The translations under genes were made by a program, and so were the position numbers. Shown in pieces: positions 20,043 to 30,805 of a stretch of 64,000 nucleotides of DNA (its first letter is position 1; every line of letters starts with the position of its first letter). The DNA is from an uncultured Acidobacteriaceae bacterium. GTDB lineage: Bacteria > Acidobacteriota > Terriglobia > Terriglobales > Acidobacteriaceae. The stretch lies in assembly GCA_963725115.1 (NCBI GenBank), contig CAVRXG010000003.1:677734-741733 (forward strand), in the 5' to 3' direction. Below the pieces are notes generated by a model. The model saw nothing but the letters and a program-made list of their open reading frames with translations, ran no database searches and was not told the DNA's origin.

Positions 20043-20900
20043 ATGCTGATTCGCGTAGGTTGTGAAATAGAGTTTCAATTGCAGATGGATACACCCATGC
20101 TGGCGATGCTCAACGTGCATCCATCGCGATCGCTCGATCTGCTTGAGCCCGACGAGATCCAGCCAAGCCCGGCAATCCCGCTGGCGCATTATTTCGATGA
20201 GTTCGGCAACCGCTGCACGCGTTTTGTCGCTCCCCGGGGCCATCTCAAGCTTTCATGCTCCACTCTCGTGCTCGACAACGGACGTCCCGATCCGGTCAAA
20301 CCCCTGGCGCGCGAATGCCCAATCGGGGATCTTCCCACCGACGCGCTGGTGTTTCTTCTCAGTAGCCGCTATTGCGAGGTTGATCGCTTTGGGCACCTCG
20401 CGCACGAGCTCTTTGGCAACACGCCGCCGGGGTGGGCGAGGGTGCAGGCTATTTGCGATTGGGTCCACGCGAGCATGCAGTTCGACTATGCCAAGGCTCG
20501 GCCGACGAAGACGGCGCTCGATACTTTTACTGAGCGGGTCGGCGTATGCCGCGACTTTCAGCATCTGGCCATCACGCTATGCCGCGCAATGAACATCCCA
20601 GCGCGGTACGCCACGGGTTATCTCGGCGATATTGGCGTTCCGTATGGTGGCCCGATGGATTTCAGCGCATGGTTTGAGGTTTTCCTCGATAATCGCTGGT
20701 GGACCTTCGACGCCAGGCACAATGTTCCTCGAATCGGTCGCGTCCTGATGGCTGTGGGGCGGGATGCTGCCGATGTCGCCCTGACGACTTCGTTCGGGCA
20801 GGCTGACTTGAAGAGTTTCTTCGTCGTGACCGAAGAAGAAACAAGGCAATCTCGCCTGGTTTCGCCACGCGCGAATGAACCGCTCGCCCTCGCCATCTGA
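20043..20900 (+). CDS. Transglutaminase-like family protein
   Basis: SRYCEVD, GVCRDFQHLAITLCRAMNIPARYATGYLGD, DFSAWFEV, FDARHN. Confidence 0.92.
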   Translation: MLIRVGCEIEFQLQMDTPMLAMLNVHPSRSLDLLEPDEIQPSPAIPLAHYFDEFGNRCTRFVAPRGHLKLSCSTLVLDNGRPDPVKPLARECPIGDLPTDALVFLLSSRYCEVDRFGHLAHELFGNTPPGWARVQAICDWVHASMQFDYAKARPTKTALDTFTERVGVCRDFQHLAITLCRAMNIPARYATGYLGDIGVPYGGPMDFSAWFEVFLDNRWWTFDARHNVPRIGRVLMAVGRDAADVALTTSFGQADLKSFFVVTEEETRQSRLVSPRANEPLALAI

Positions 20901-20962
20901 CCCGCCCAGTCTTTTACAGACTGAATTCGACTCGGGATATTTGGCAGAAGGTCAGAGGTTCT

Positions 20963-21244
20963 TTAATGGTGGGTATAGATCCTACCCACCACGATCACCG
21001 CCGACAAAGCCAGCGCAATCAGAATAAAGAAGGTAATTATCAGTCCGATAACATGTTTGCGCACCAGCGCATCGCTTTGCGAGGAATCATGAGGACTATG
21101 TGCCTCACGCTCTATCTCGTGCTCAAAATCTTCGTACATTTCTACGGCCTGATCCTTCACCTCCACGACTTGATCCTTCACCGTTGCGAGCGCGTCCGTT
21201 GCAGAAGTTTCTTCCTTGTGCATTGTGATTCTCCTCGGCGGCAT
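20963..21244 (-). CDS. Small hypothetical protein with a C-terminal TM helix
   Basis: Acidic N-terminus (VKDQVVEVKDQAVE duplication) then a hydrophobic helix; start may be 21223. Confidence 0.65.
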   Translation of the reverse strand: MPPRRITMHKEETSATDALATVKDQVVEVKDQAVEMYEDFEHEIEREAHSPHDSSQSDALVRKHVIGLIITFFILIALALSAVIVVGRIYTHH

Positions 21245-21433
21245 GATCCCTGTGTCTGCCGGCCTTTGCTATTCTCGCCCCTTAGTAGGATGCCTTGAAT
21301 GGCCAATCCGGTACACGCTGCTCGCAACTAACGCGTCGTCAGCGGTTCAGTTTAGTGCTATCTCAAGATTGTGGGAGCGGGCATCAGGTGAGGCAACACC
21401 TCATGACCAATAAGCTGCTAACCTGCGGGAACT

Positions 21434-22432
21434 GTGATCAAGTCCTTTCTTCTCGCGCTCTGTGGTGCGTTATCTCTCGGCTGTGCATCAGCACAAACTT
21501 CCGCGCAAACATCCGCCTGGCAGCCGTCGCCCGGACACACGCAAATTCCAATTTGGCCGGCGGAGCCGCCGGACGCACGCGCTGCCGCAGGGCCGGAGAC
21601 TGCAAAGACCGATACCAAGGAGCTGGTCGCCGGCAGGCCGTGGACTTATCTCGAGAATGTCGCCACGCCCACGATGACGGTCTACTCGCCAACAGGCGCC
21701 AACGATTCGCCAAACGGCAAAAACGAGGGCGCCGCTGTCGTCGTTTTTCCTGGCGGAGGCTACGAGATTCTGGCCATCGAGCATGAAGGCACTGAAGTTT
21801 GCGATTGGCTCACGCAAAGAGGAATCACCTGCGTGTTGTTGAAATACCGCGTGCCGGCCCCGCGATCTGAACCAAATTGGGGAGCCTATCCGGAATCGCC
21901 GATCGCGCTTGAAGATGCACAGCGAACCGTCGGCCTGGTCCGCTTGCACGCCGCCGAGTGGCATATTGATCCGCACAAAATTGGAGTGCTGGGGTTTTCC
22001 GCAGGCGGACATCTGGTGGCCGCAATCAGCACACACTTCGCCGAGCGTCTGTATCCTGCCGTCGATGATGCCGATAAAGAAAGCTGCCGACCGGACTTTG
22101 CCGTGGCGATCTACCCCGGTCACTTGTGGTTGGGCGGCAAAAATTTTGAATTGAATCCGGCTGTACCTGTGACCAGCCAGACGCCACCTACCTTCCTGCT
22201 CCAGAACGAGGACGATCATGTGGACAACGTGAACGACTCGCTGGTCTACTACATTGCGCTCAAGAATGCTGGCGTGCCTGTCGAGATGCATCTGTACGCG
22301 CAGGGCGGCCACGGATTCGGCCTGCGTCGCACGAAGCTTCCCGCAACAGGATGGCCTCAATTGGTGGAAACGTGGCTCACAACAATCGGCATGATTTCAG
22401 AGTCGCCGACGGCCACTGCGCCTGCCAGGTAG
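21434..22432 (+). CDS. Exported alpha/beta hydrolase (acetylesterase/BD-FAE-like)
   Basis: Signal peptide; VFPGGGY, LKYRVP, GVLGFSAGGHL, EMHLYAQGGHGFG. Confidence 0.9.
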   Translation: MIKSFLLALCGALSLGCASAQTSAQTSAWQPSPGHTQIPIWPAEPPDARAAAGPETAKTDTKELVAGRPWTYLENVATPTMTVYSPTGANDSPNGKNEGAAVVVFPGGGYEILAIEHEGTEVCDWLTQRGITCVLLKYRVPAPRSEPNWGAYPESPIALEDAQRTVGLVRLHAAEWHIDPHKIGVLGFSAGGHLVAAISTHFAERLYPAVDDADKESCRPDFAVAIYPGHLWLGGKNFELNPAVPVTSQTPPTFLLQNEDDHVDNVNDSLVYYIALKNAGVPVEMHLYAQGGHGFGLRRTKLPATGWPQLVETWLTTIGMISESPTATAPAR

Positions 22433-22447
22433 TTCCGCTAACCTCGC

Positions 22448-22494
22448 GGGTGCCCTCGGGTCTCGATTCTGAGACCGGGGATAGCACGAATCTC
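22448..22494. repeat. REP-like element, family A variant (GGGTGCCC...GGGATAGCAC)
   Basis: GGGTGCCCTCGGGTCTCGATTCTGAGACCGGGGATAGCACGAATCTC with internal GGTCTC/GAGACC stem, between convergent genes. Confidence 0.65.
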
Positions 22495-22536
22495 CCTAGC
22501 TCGTGAACGTGCTAGCTCCGCCAACTCCGCTGCTTT

Positions 22537-23430
22537 TCACGCGTGCGTCAAATACCCCATTCCATCCAGCACGCCTCGCATGAACGCGAAGCTCTCGATC
22601 ACGCCGGGCATGGGATCGTCGGGGTGAATCTCGTACTCAAGATCGATGTATCCCGTGTAGCCGATCTTGATCAACGCCTCAAACATTTCGCGGAACGGCA
22701 GGATGCCCTCGCCCACAGGAACCTGGCTTTCTTTGCTCGCGAAGCTGGTCAGGTCCTTCACATGCATGTCGTAGAGGCGCGGCCCGGCAGCGTGGATCGC
22801 CTCAACCAGATTCGTTCCCGCACGCGCAGCGTGACCCACATCGATGCAGCAGCCGATGCGCGGGTCCATATCTTTGACGACCTTGAGCACATCGAAGGGT
22901 GAAGGGTAGACCTTGTCTTCCGGTCCGTGATTATGGATCGCGATGCGAATGTCGTACTCGCGCACAAACTTTTCGATCCGCGGCAGCGTCGTCGGCGCGG
23001 GATCGCCGGCCACGATCACGCGAACGCCCGCGCGCTTGGCGTACTCGAACTTCGAGCGAATGTCGTCGTCATCGTCCTTGGGAAAGTAAACCGTTCCGAC
23101 CGCGTGAAGCTTGATGCCCGCGGCAGCATAATCGGCAAGCGCCTGCGCTTCGAGCGTGGGGTCCATCGGCAGATGATCTTTTGCGTCCTTGCAGTTCAGC
23201 GCAGTGAGGTTCAACTGCTTCATGAAGCCGATTAACTCGGCGCGCGTGAAGTTGCGGAACGTGTAGCTCGCCAGGCCAAGGCTGAGCGGCGAAAACTTGC
23301 CCGAGGCCGGAATGGCTTCAGCGACTGCCGGTGTGGCTCCGACCAATGCGGGGACAACTCCGGTTGCGGCCAGGCCAGCAGCAATCGCACCCGACTGCAC
23401 AAATTGACGGCGAGAAAATCTGTTTTTCAT
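22537..23430 (-). CDS. Tat-exported sugar phosphate isomerase/epimerase (TIM barrel)
   Basis: SRRQFV twin-Arg signal; AIHNHGPED, CIDVGH, MHVKD, LEYE. Confidence 0.88.
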   Translation of the reverse strand: MKNRFSRRQFVQSGAIAAGLAATGVVPALVGATPAVAEAIPASGKFSPLSLGLASYTFRNFTRAELIGFMKQLNLTALNCKDAKDHLPMDPTLEAQALADYAAAGIKLHAVGTVYFPKDDDDDIRSKFEYAKRAGVRVIVAGDPAPTTLPRIEKFVREYDIRIAIHNHGPEDKVYPSPFDVLKVVKDMDPRIGCCIDVGHAARAGTNLVEAIHAAGPRLYDMHVKDLTSFASKESQVPVGEGILPFREMFEALIKIGYTGYIDLEYEIHPDDPMPGVIESFAFMRGVLDGMGYLTHA

Positions 23431-23555
23431 AGCGAAGTCTCTTCTATCACCGGCAGATCAAGTCTGTAAATCCAAAACAGCAAGCGTGGCACGGACAACT
23501 GATCCCTGGTCCCCGTCTTTCTTGTTCCCTTGTTCCCTGGTCCCTTGTCCCCGCT

Positions 23556-24345
23556 CTACTGCTTTCCCCACCGGTAGACCAATCCGCCTGTGAATCCGCG
23601 GCTGGCCTGTATGGACGAACCAAATCCATTGAAAAAATATTCAGGCGCAAGCTTGAGGGCGACGTTCGGAGACACATTGAACTCGCCGATCACGCTGACG
23701 CTTGCTCCGAAGGTGCTGGAATTCGGGTAGAGACCGATCAGCTGGGGCGGAATGCGGTTGGTGTCGCCCCCGAAGTTGCCGTACGCCCAGACCGCCCATC
23801 GCGCGACCGGAGATGGAGTATTTCGGCTGCAGATAAAACCGATAGACAGGACCGCCGAGCACATCGTACTGGCTGATGGCGTACCGCGTGTCGTTTGTGA
23901 AATTCGGGCCCACGTACGCTGTGCCGAAGTAGCCGCGACCGTCCAGCGTGAAACCCAGCCGCTCGGTCGAAAATCGCGTCAGGCCCGTCTCCCACGCGTA
24001 ATACGTGAGCCGCTGTAGCGGCTTGCCCGCCACCAGGCCAGGTCCGGGAGTAAAGCGCAGGTAGCCCGTGTCCATGTACGATTCCCAGCGGTGGTCATAG
24101 GCATCGTGAATAGCCGTGCTGCGACGCTGCGAGCGGCGCAGGCGAATGCGCTCCTGCACGCTGATCTGACCCTGATTCTGATCGGGAGTTTGCTGCGCGT
24201 CAGCTGGTGCCTGGTTCTGAGCCAAATCCTGGCTTTCGTCGGGCGTTACGCTGGATGAGAAACTGCTCGAGCTTTGTGCCTGAACGGCGGACATCACCGG
24301 CAAACTAAGCGCCATTAAAATTGCAAGACGGCGAAATGAAAACAT
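23556..24345 (-). CDS. Hypothetical outer-membrane beta-barrel-like protein (apparent frameshift near 23790)
   Basis: GGAGG RBS, signal peptide, amphipathic beta strands, C-terminal GFTGGLVYRWGKQ. Confidence 0.7.
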
Positions 24346-24390
24346 CGGGTTCGGAATTCCTCCAAGGGATTGCGGAAGCTCGCGTGCCGG

Positions 24391-24450
24391 CCGGCCTATA
24401 ATTGCCCGGTCCAAAATTAACGGGCCCAAAATCAACCGGCCGAAAATTGA
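24391..24450. repeat. 15-bp tandem repeat x4 upstream of the beta-barrel gene
   Basis: ccggcctataattgc ccggtccaaaattaa cgggcccaaaatcaa ccggccgaaaattga. Confidence 0.7.
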
Positions 24451-24766
24451 CCAGACCATATCCGGAATTTGCCCGTCCACCGCGGCGCTAGTCGCTTGTC
24501 CAGTTTCGTGGCTTCGATCGTGATTTCACTGCGGTTCGGATGCGATGCTTCCCCCATCTGGTATTAAATCACCTCGGGGCAACCCCGGTAATGAAGCTCG
24601 CCCGAGACTCGAGCCAGAACTCGCCTCGTAACCCAAGCCAATGCGCCCTGTTTAGACGCATACGGCGACCAACCGGCACTGCCCGTGCTCTCGCATCCAC
24701 ATTTAAGTAGTGGGCTTAAGCCTGCGGGCGACTCTGCGATGATAGCCAGTGGAGGCGCGAAGAAAA

Positions 24767-25336
24767 ATGGGACGAATTCTACTCGGGATCATCTTGTGTT
24801 TGATTTTGTTGCCGATGGCCGTGCTGGCGTGGTTGCGCTTCGGGCATCCGCCCGTTGCGGTGGCTGATGCGCCGTTTCCCTATGAGCGGCAGATCGTGCA
24901 GATTCCGCTCCATGCGCGCATGAATCGCGAGATGCCGGGCAACCCGCCCATTCAGGCCGACGACGGCACTCTCACCGCGGGTGCGCAGGTTTACAGTGAC
25001 CAATGCGCCGTGTGCCACGGCTTCAACGGCAGGCCCTCGACCCTTGGCCCCAGCATGTACCCCAAAGCGCCGCAATTTTGGGTGCCGCGCAAGGGCTCCA
25101 GTGTCTTGGGCGTCAGCAACGACCCTCCCGGCCAGACCTACTGGACCGTGTTCAACGGAATTCGCCTAACCGGCATGCCGGAGTTCAGCAGCACGCTCAC
25201 CGACACCGAGATTTGGCAGGTGGCCCTGCTGCTGGCCAACGCGAATAAGCCGCTGCCTCCGGCCGCAGCCGAGATCGTGCGAGGCGAGATTCCCCCCGAC
25301 ACAACGCCAACAACGCCTGCACCGGCCACAAAGTAA
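24767..25336 (+). CDS. Membrane-anchored monoheme c-type cytochrome
   Basis: N-terminal TM, CAVCHG, MYPKAPQ, GIRLTGMP axial-Met region. Confidence 0.9.
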   Translation: MGRILLGIILCLILLPMAVLAWLRFGHPPVAVADAPFPYERQIVQIPLHARMNREMPGNPPIQADDGTLTAGAQVYSDQCAVCHGFNGRPSTLGPSMYPKAPQFWVPRKGSSVLGVSNDPPGQTYWTVFNGIRLTGMPEFSSTLTDTEIWQVALLLANANKPLPPAAAEIVRGEIPPDTTPTTPAPATK

Positions 25337-25447
25337 ACGAGCTTCTGCGGCTAACGCTTTCTTGCCGTGAATAGACTTTTACAGCGCGCTTTATTTTGAA
25401 AGTTTCGGCAACTCGAAACGCGATGATCCAGAGAGGGAACTGCAACC

Positions 25448-25618
25448 GTGAGCTTCGTTGATTGGCTTCGCAAGGGATTAGGCTACGTGCTCCTCAGCAT
25501 GGGCGTTTCGCGCCCGGCTGCCAAAGCGGCTCCCAGGCCCGGGCAGGAATCAAGGCCCACGCGCAAGTCCGATGCAAAACCCGCACCCGACCGCGAAAGC
25601 GACGGTCCATCCAACTGA
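25448..25618 (+). CDS. Small hypothetical protein (56 aa; below the ORF-track cutoff)
   Basis: GAGAGGGA RBS, GTG start: MSFVDWLRKGLGYVLLSMGVSRPAAKAAPRPGQESRPTRKSDAKPAPDRESDGPSN. Confidence 0.55.
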   Translation: MSFVDWLRKGLGYVLLSMGVSRPAAKAAPRPGQESRPTRKSDAKPAPDRESDGPSN

Positions 25619-25668
25619 TAGTCGGCCTGCGGTTCCGCCGACCGCTGCGGTGCAAAAGCCGCGGGCAG

Positions 25669-25736
25669 GCACGAAGTGTCAGGGCACGACTTCAGTCGGG
25701 CCGCAAACGTCGCAAATGAAGTAGGGCTTTAGCCCC
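25669..25736. repeat. REP-like element, family B (GGGCACGACTTCAGTCG...GGGCTTTAGCCC), intergenic copy
   Basis: First 30 nt identical to the copy at 27146; two small hairpins. Confidence 0.85.
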
Positions 25737-25800
25737 GGACGCGTTCCTCAAAGCCCGCGTCCCCGTACAATAAAGAGGGAAGCGCACTCCCACTCACTCG

Positions 25801-27993
25801 ATGGCGGAAAAAGAAAACAAGCAAACCAAGCCGACCGGGTTTCCCAAAGAGCTGCCGACGGAATCGCCAAACGGATCCGGGACGCCGAAGCGCAAGTCCG
25901 ACGATGAAGTCGCCGGCAAGGTCTACGACGCGCGGCTCATGCGGCGTCTCGGTCGTTTCGTCCGTCCTTATTGGCTCCAGGCTGGCGTTGCCTCGCTCGC
26001 CGTCTCGCTCAAGTCGCTTTGCGATGTCGCCGGGCCCATCCTCGTCATGGTCGCGGTCGATCGCTATCTCGCTCCCGAGGCCAGCGACCAGGACCCATCG
26101 AACGCCGTTGCTCACTGGGTAGCCGTCAACAGCCCGCTCGCGCATCTGCTTCCACAGGGCGCCGTCCACGGCATCACGCGTCTGGCCGCAATCTATCTCA
26201 TCATGCTGGTCACGGCGTACTCTGCTTCAGTTCGTCCAGGTTTATCTGATGCAGTGGATCGGCCAGAAAATCATGTTCGATCTGCGCCGCGACATTTTTC
26301 GCCACATGCAGCGCATGGACGTCGGATTTTTCGACATTCATCCCGTCGGTCGCCTCGTCACGCGCCTCACCTCAGACGTCGATGCCGTCAACGAAATGTT
26401 CACCGACGGCGTGCTGGCCATCGTCAACGACGCCTTCATGCTCACCATCATGGCCGCCGTGATGCTGGCCATCAGCTGGTGGCTGGCGTTGCTCGCCTTT
26501 GCCGTTTTGCCGCTCATCCTCATCGTCACGCGCATCTTCCGCGACCACGTTCGCGAGAGCTACCGCCGCGTTCGCACCGCTATCGCGCGCATCAACAGCT
26601 TCACGCAGGAACACATCTCCGGCATGGCAGTTGTCCAGCTCTTCAATCGCGAGGAACGCGCCTACAAGGACTTTGAAGACGTCAACCGCCAGCACATGAT
26701 CGCGTTCATTGACACCATCTTTGCGTACGCCCTCTATTACCCGGCGGTCGATTTTCTATCTTCGGTGGCGATCGCGCTGGTCGTCTGGCGCGGCGGCTTC
26801 GGCGTGCTTCATCTGCCGCCCACGGTCACAATCGGCGTGCTCATCATGTTCACGCAGTTTTCGCTGCGTTTCTGGCGGCCTATTCAGGACTCTGTCCGAC
26901 AAATACAACATTCTGCAAGCCGCAATGGCGGCCTGCGAGCGCATCTTCAAATTGATGGACTCGCAACCGGAGATCGTCAGCCCCGCGCATCCGATCGTGG
27001 GCGACGGTTCCAATCGAATTCAGTTCGACCACGTCTGGTTCACTTACCAGAAACTAACCGATGAGCAGAAGGCTGCCGTGGCCGCCGCCCGAGGAAAAAC
27101 ACCGCGGACGTCCTCGCCCGCACTTTCTCAAACGCATCCGGAGTCGCACGAAGTGTCAGGGCACGACTTCAGTCGTGCCAATCGAGCCGCAAATTCGGAT
27201 GGGGCTTTAGCCCCCGTGGCCTGACGCCGCGGCTCTCGGTTCGCTCGACAACATCGAATGGATCCTGAAAGACGTCTCCTTCACCATCGAGCCGGGCCAG
27301 ACGGTCGCCATCGTCGGCCACACCGGCGCGGGCAAAACCACGCTCACCAGCCTCATGATGCGCTTCTACGAGGTCACCGCCGGCCGCATTCTTTTAGACG
27401 GCGTCGACCTGCGCGACCACGATCTCACCGAACTGCGCCGCCATTTCGCCGTCGTCCTCCAGGATCCGTTTCTCTTCTCCGGCACCATCGGCGAAAACAT
27501 TCGCCTCGGCAACGAGCAGATCACCAACGAGACCATGCGCCGCGCCGCGCGCGACGTCAATGTGCTCGATTTTGTTGACAGCCTGCCGCACGGCTTCGAT
27601 GAGCCAGTCCGCGAGCGCGGCAGCTCGCTCTCCACCGGCCAAAAGCAGCTCATCAACTTCGCCCGCGCGCTGGCATACAACCCGCACATCCTCATCCTCG
27701 ACGAAGCCACATCAAGCGTCGACACCGACACGGAGCTGCGCATTCGCGGCGCGCTCGAACGCATGGTCGAGGGCCGGACGAGCGTTTTAATTGCGCATCG
27801 ACTGTCCACAGTTCAACGAGCCGACACCATTCTCGTCATGCACAAAGGCCAGTTGCGCGAGATGGGCTCGCACCAGGAGCTGCTCGCCCAGCGCGGCCTC
27901 TACTGGAAGCTTTACCAGCTTCAATATAAAGATCAGGAAATGGGTGTTCTCGCGCCGCCCTCAACCGAGCCATCTCCCGCACAAGCGGTTTGA
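25801..27993 (+). CDS. MsbA-like ABC transporter (permease plus ATPase), several apparent frameshifts, internal REP-derived insert
   Basis: [69 protein letters not shown]. Confidence 0.92.
27146..27215. repeat. REP-like element, family B, inside the ABC transporter CDS
   Basis: GGCACGACT-TC-AGTCGTGCC and GGGGCT-TT-AGCCCC hairpins; translated as [23 protein letters not shown]. Confidence 0.85.
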
Positions 27994-28106
27994 GCGGGGC
28001 AGGGAATCGAGAGCATGGAATTGCCGCGGATATGTGGTATCTGGGTTTGATCGCGCGCGGCTAGTATCAGGCTGTAACTGATGGATTGGGGCCAACCGCC
28101 CCGAGG

Positions 28107-28589
28107 CTACTTCTGCCCCGAACTCACCGCCGACGGGAAGCTGGACTCTGCGCCGAAATAACATTCAATTGATTCCAACTTTTCGCCCGCGATTCGAAGG
28201 TACTCCACGTTCCGGAACGCTTTGCCGTTTTTTGTGTGGCAAAGATACTTCACAAAAGCGTCATCCGCACCAGTGCTCACTCGCTCCAGGTCAAAATGCT
28301 TGATGAAGTCAACCTGTGTATCCCAGCATCGCGTCTTAAAGGTGCTTTTGCTGATGTGGTCGTCGCCGGCCGCACTGCTAAATGTAAAGTCGTCGGCGAG
28401 CAGCTCATTGAACGTGGCGAGGTCCTTGTTTTCCCACGCAGCGTACCATCTGCGGACGACGTCCACGTTTGCCTGGTTTTCTTCTCCCGCTGCGTTAGCT
28501 CTCTTCGCTCCCGGCAGCGCCATTGCACCCACAACCGCACACGCTCCCGTCCCGAACATCTTCCTGCGCGACACTGTCATTGTCGTCAT
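28107..28589 (-). CDS. NTF2/SnoaL-like protein with a Tat-like signal
   Basis: SRRKMF signal; VVRRWYAAWENKD...LLADDFTFSS, IECYFG. Confidence 0.85.
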   Translation of the reverse strand: MTTMTVSRRKMFGTGACAVVGAMALPGAKRANAAGEENQANVDVVRRWYAAWENKDLATFNELLADDFTFSSAAGDDHISKSTFKTRCWDTQVDFIKHFDLERVSTGADDAFVKYLCHTKNGKAFRNVEYLRIAGEKLESIECYFGAESSFPSAVSSGQK

Positions 28590-28769
28590 TCTGGGTTCTC
28601 CCTCCATGAGTTCAGCTCCGCTTCAGGGTTCACGGTATCAGCCGCGTGCCCTACGTCTGGATTTTTAGACGGGGGACGACATGGATTTGACAGCCGGAAA
28701 TCTTCCCGCGCCCCGCGATATGATGGAAGAAGACGATTTCCCGCGCATCCCATCGCATCTCCGGCGGAA

Positions 28770-30542
28770 ATGCCAGACTCAATCACCGTGACCACTGCAC
28801 CCCAAGTCGAGCTATTTGACACCAGCCTGCGCGACGGCCTGCAGCAGCCGGACCTCGAAATCTCTGTGCCCAACGCCGTTCTGCTCCTGCAGCGCATGGC
28901 CGCCTTCGGCGTGCGTTACGCGGAGATCGGATTCGCCGGCGCCAATCAATTTGTCTCAGACCTCACCGCAGCCATCGAGTTCGTCGACACCGGCGCAATG
29001 CGCCTCGCGCTTTTCGGGCGCTCGCGCGGCCGCGGGGCGAAAGTTGATCAATGGCCCGACGTCGAATTTATCGTTCGTCACAAGCGCCGCGTTCCCGCCG
29101 CCGTGATCGTTGTTAAATCGCGCCTGCTCGACGTGGAGCGCTCGCTCGAAACCACGCCTGAAGAGAATCTGCTGATGGCGCGCGAGACCATTGACTATTT
29201 GCAGCAGCAGGGTCTCGAAGTCCTCATCGATCTCGAGCACGCCATGGACGCAAGTTGCGGTCGCTGCGAAAACGGCCACCCTTGCGGCGGCGATTTCGCA
29301 AAGCGCAGCCTCGACCACTTTCACTCGCTCGTCGAACAGTGCGTTCGGCAGAAAGTCAGCCGCATCGTTGTCTGCGACACCAACGGCGGTTCCAGCCCCG
29401 AAGAAGTTTCGCAAGTCATCGGCGGCCTCATCCGCGATTTTCCCGGCGCGCAATTCGGTTTCCACGGTCACACCGATCGCGGTCTCGGCATCGCCAACAC
29501 GCGCGCAGCGATTCTGGCCGGCGCCCGCCACATCCAGGGCACGCTCATCGGAACCGGCGAGCGCTGCGGCAACGTGAATCTCACCACCGTCATCGGCGCA
29601 ATGCAGCTTCGCGGCGAAGCGGAGTTCGTTCCGCCCGCGTCTCTCGCCGGCCTCACCAGCCTGGCGAATTCGGCCTACGCGGCCTTCGGGCTTGAGCCGC
29701 CGCACGGCGCGCCCATCGTCGGCCCCGGCGCATTCGGCACATGGGCCGGCATGCACGGCTCCAGCGAGCGAAAAAATCCCGGCGCGTATCTCTGGACCGA
29801 TCCCGCGCTGGTCGGCGCCAGCCCCGTCATCGGCGTCAACGCGCAATCCGGCCGCGCCAACATCATGCTGCTGTCTGAATCGCTAGGCGTCCCGCTCAAC
29901 TCCGCGCAGGCGCAGGCGCTCATGGATCAGAACCCCGCCATGATCGAGGGCGGCGGATACACTACGAGCGAAGTCAGCTTCCGCCTGGCCTGCATGCGCG
30001 TACTCGGAACGCTGCCTAACTGGTTCTCAGTGAAAAGCTGGCGTGTGCATGACGAGTCCGACGAGGTCGGCGGACGCTTCATCCAGGCCCACATGACGCT
30101 CTCGATCGGCGAATCGCGCGTGGCTACCGCGCGCGCTGAGGGCACTGGCCCGGTGGATGCGCTAACCAAGGCAATGCGCATGGAGCTCGACAAATACTAT
30201 CCCGCGCTTGCCGAAATGCGCCTCGGCACGTTCACCGTCGCCGCGCTCGACGTGCGCGCGCAAGATTCAGCCGCCCACGTTCGCGTCACTGTCAGCTTCA
30301 CCGCAGACGGTCGCGAACCGTGGGTCACTGCGGGCGTCTCGAGCGATTTGAACCAGGCCGCCCTCATGGCCATCGTCGATGGCTTCCACTATTGGCTGCT
30401 GTTGCAAAGCGGAAAGCGGCAATCCGGCAAATCTGCGCGACCGGCAAATGCCGCACAAGCCCGTAACTGGGGTGGCTCGCTAGAGGTCACTTCTACAATC
30501 CCTCGCAAACCATACAACCAGAAAGAATTAGCCCAGAAGTAA
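28770..30542 (+). CDS. cimA: Citramalate/2-isopropylmalate synthase family (DRE-TIM plus LeuA regulatory domain)
   Basis: FDTSLRDGLQ, CDTNGG, FHGHTD.G, GTGERCGNVNL, AEGTGPVDAL; substrate specificity not determinable from sequence alone. Confidence 0.75.
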   Translation: MPDSITVTTAPQVELFDTSLRDGLQQPDLEISVPNAVLLLQRMAAFGVRYAEIGFAGANQFVSDLTAAIEFVDTGAMRLALFGRSRGRGAKVDQWPDVEFIVRHKRRVPAAVIVVKSRLLDVERSLETTPEENLLMARETIDYLQQQGLEVLIDLEHAMDASCGRCENGHPCGGDFAKRSLDHFHSLVEQCVRQKVSRIVVCDTNGGSSPEEVSQVIGGLIRDFPGAQFGFHGHTDRGLGIANTRAAILAGARHIQGTLIGTGERCGNVNLTTVIGAMQLRGEAEFVPPASLAGLTSLANSAYAAFGLEPPHGAPIVGPGAFGTWAGMHGSSERKNPGAYLWTDPALVGASPVIGVNAQSGRANIMLLSESLGVPLNSAQAQALMDQNPAMIEGGGYTTSEVSFRLACMRVLGTLPNWFSVKSWRVHDESDEVGGRFIQAHMTLSIGESRVATARAEGTGPVDALTKAMRMELDKYYPALAEMRLGTFTVAALDVRAQDSAAHVRVTVSFTADGREPWVTAGVSSDLNQAALMAIVDGFHYWLLLQSGKRQSGKSARPANAAQARNWGGSLEVTSTIPRKPYNQKELAQK

Positions 30543-30805
30543 ATAGCTGGGCAGCCCAATTTGGGCGCGGCCCTGGCGCGTTCTTCTTGCACGCAACCCC
30601 CCGTTCGAAAGTGGGTTCCACCCCATAATGGGTGATTTTGCTCGGGCGTTGTCCCCGCACATACTCCCAAACAAAGGCCGATCCAGCGAAAAGAGCTGGT
30701 GTAATCCGGCAGATGAACGAGACTCGCAACACATTGGCTGCTGCATTTTCGATTTCAGCCGTTAAAGAAGACAGCAGACGACGTTAAGGAATAAGGAGGC
30801 CCGCT

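Noticed and set aside
28236-28769. N-terminal extensions of ORF-track calls (941, 28236, 37666 starts)
   Set aside because: They overlap opposite-strand genes or promoters; family homology and/or RBS point to internal starts at 1328, 28770 and 38137.
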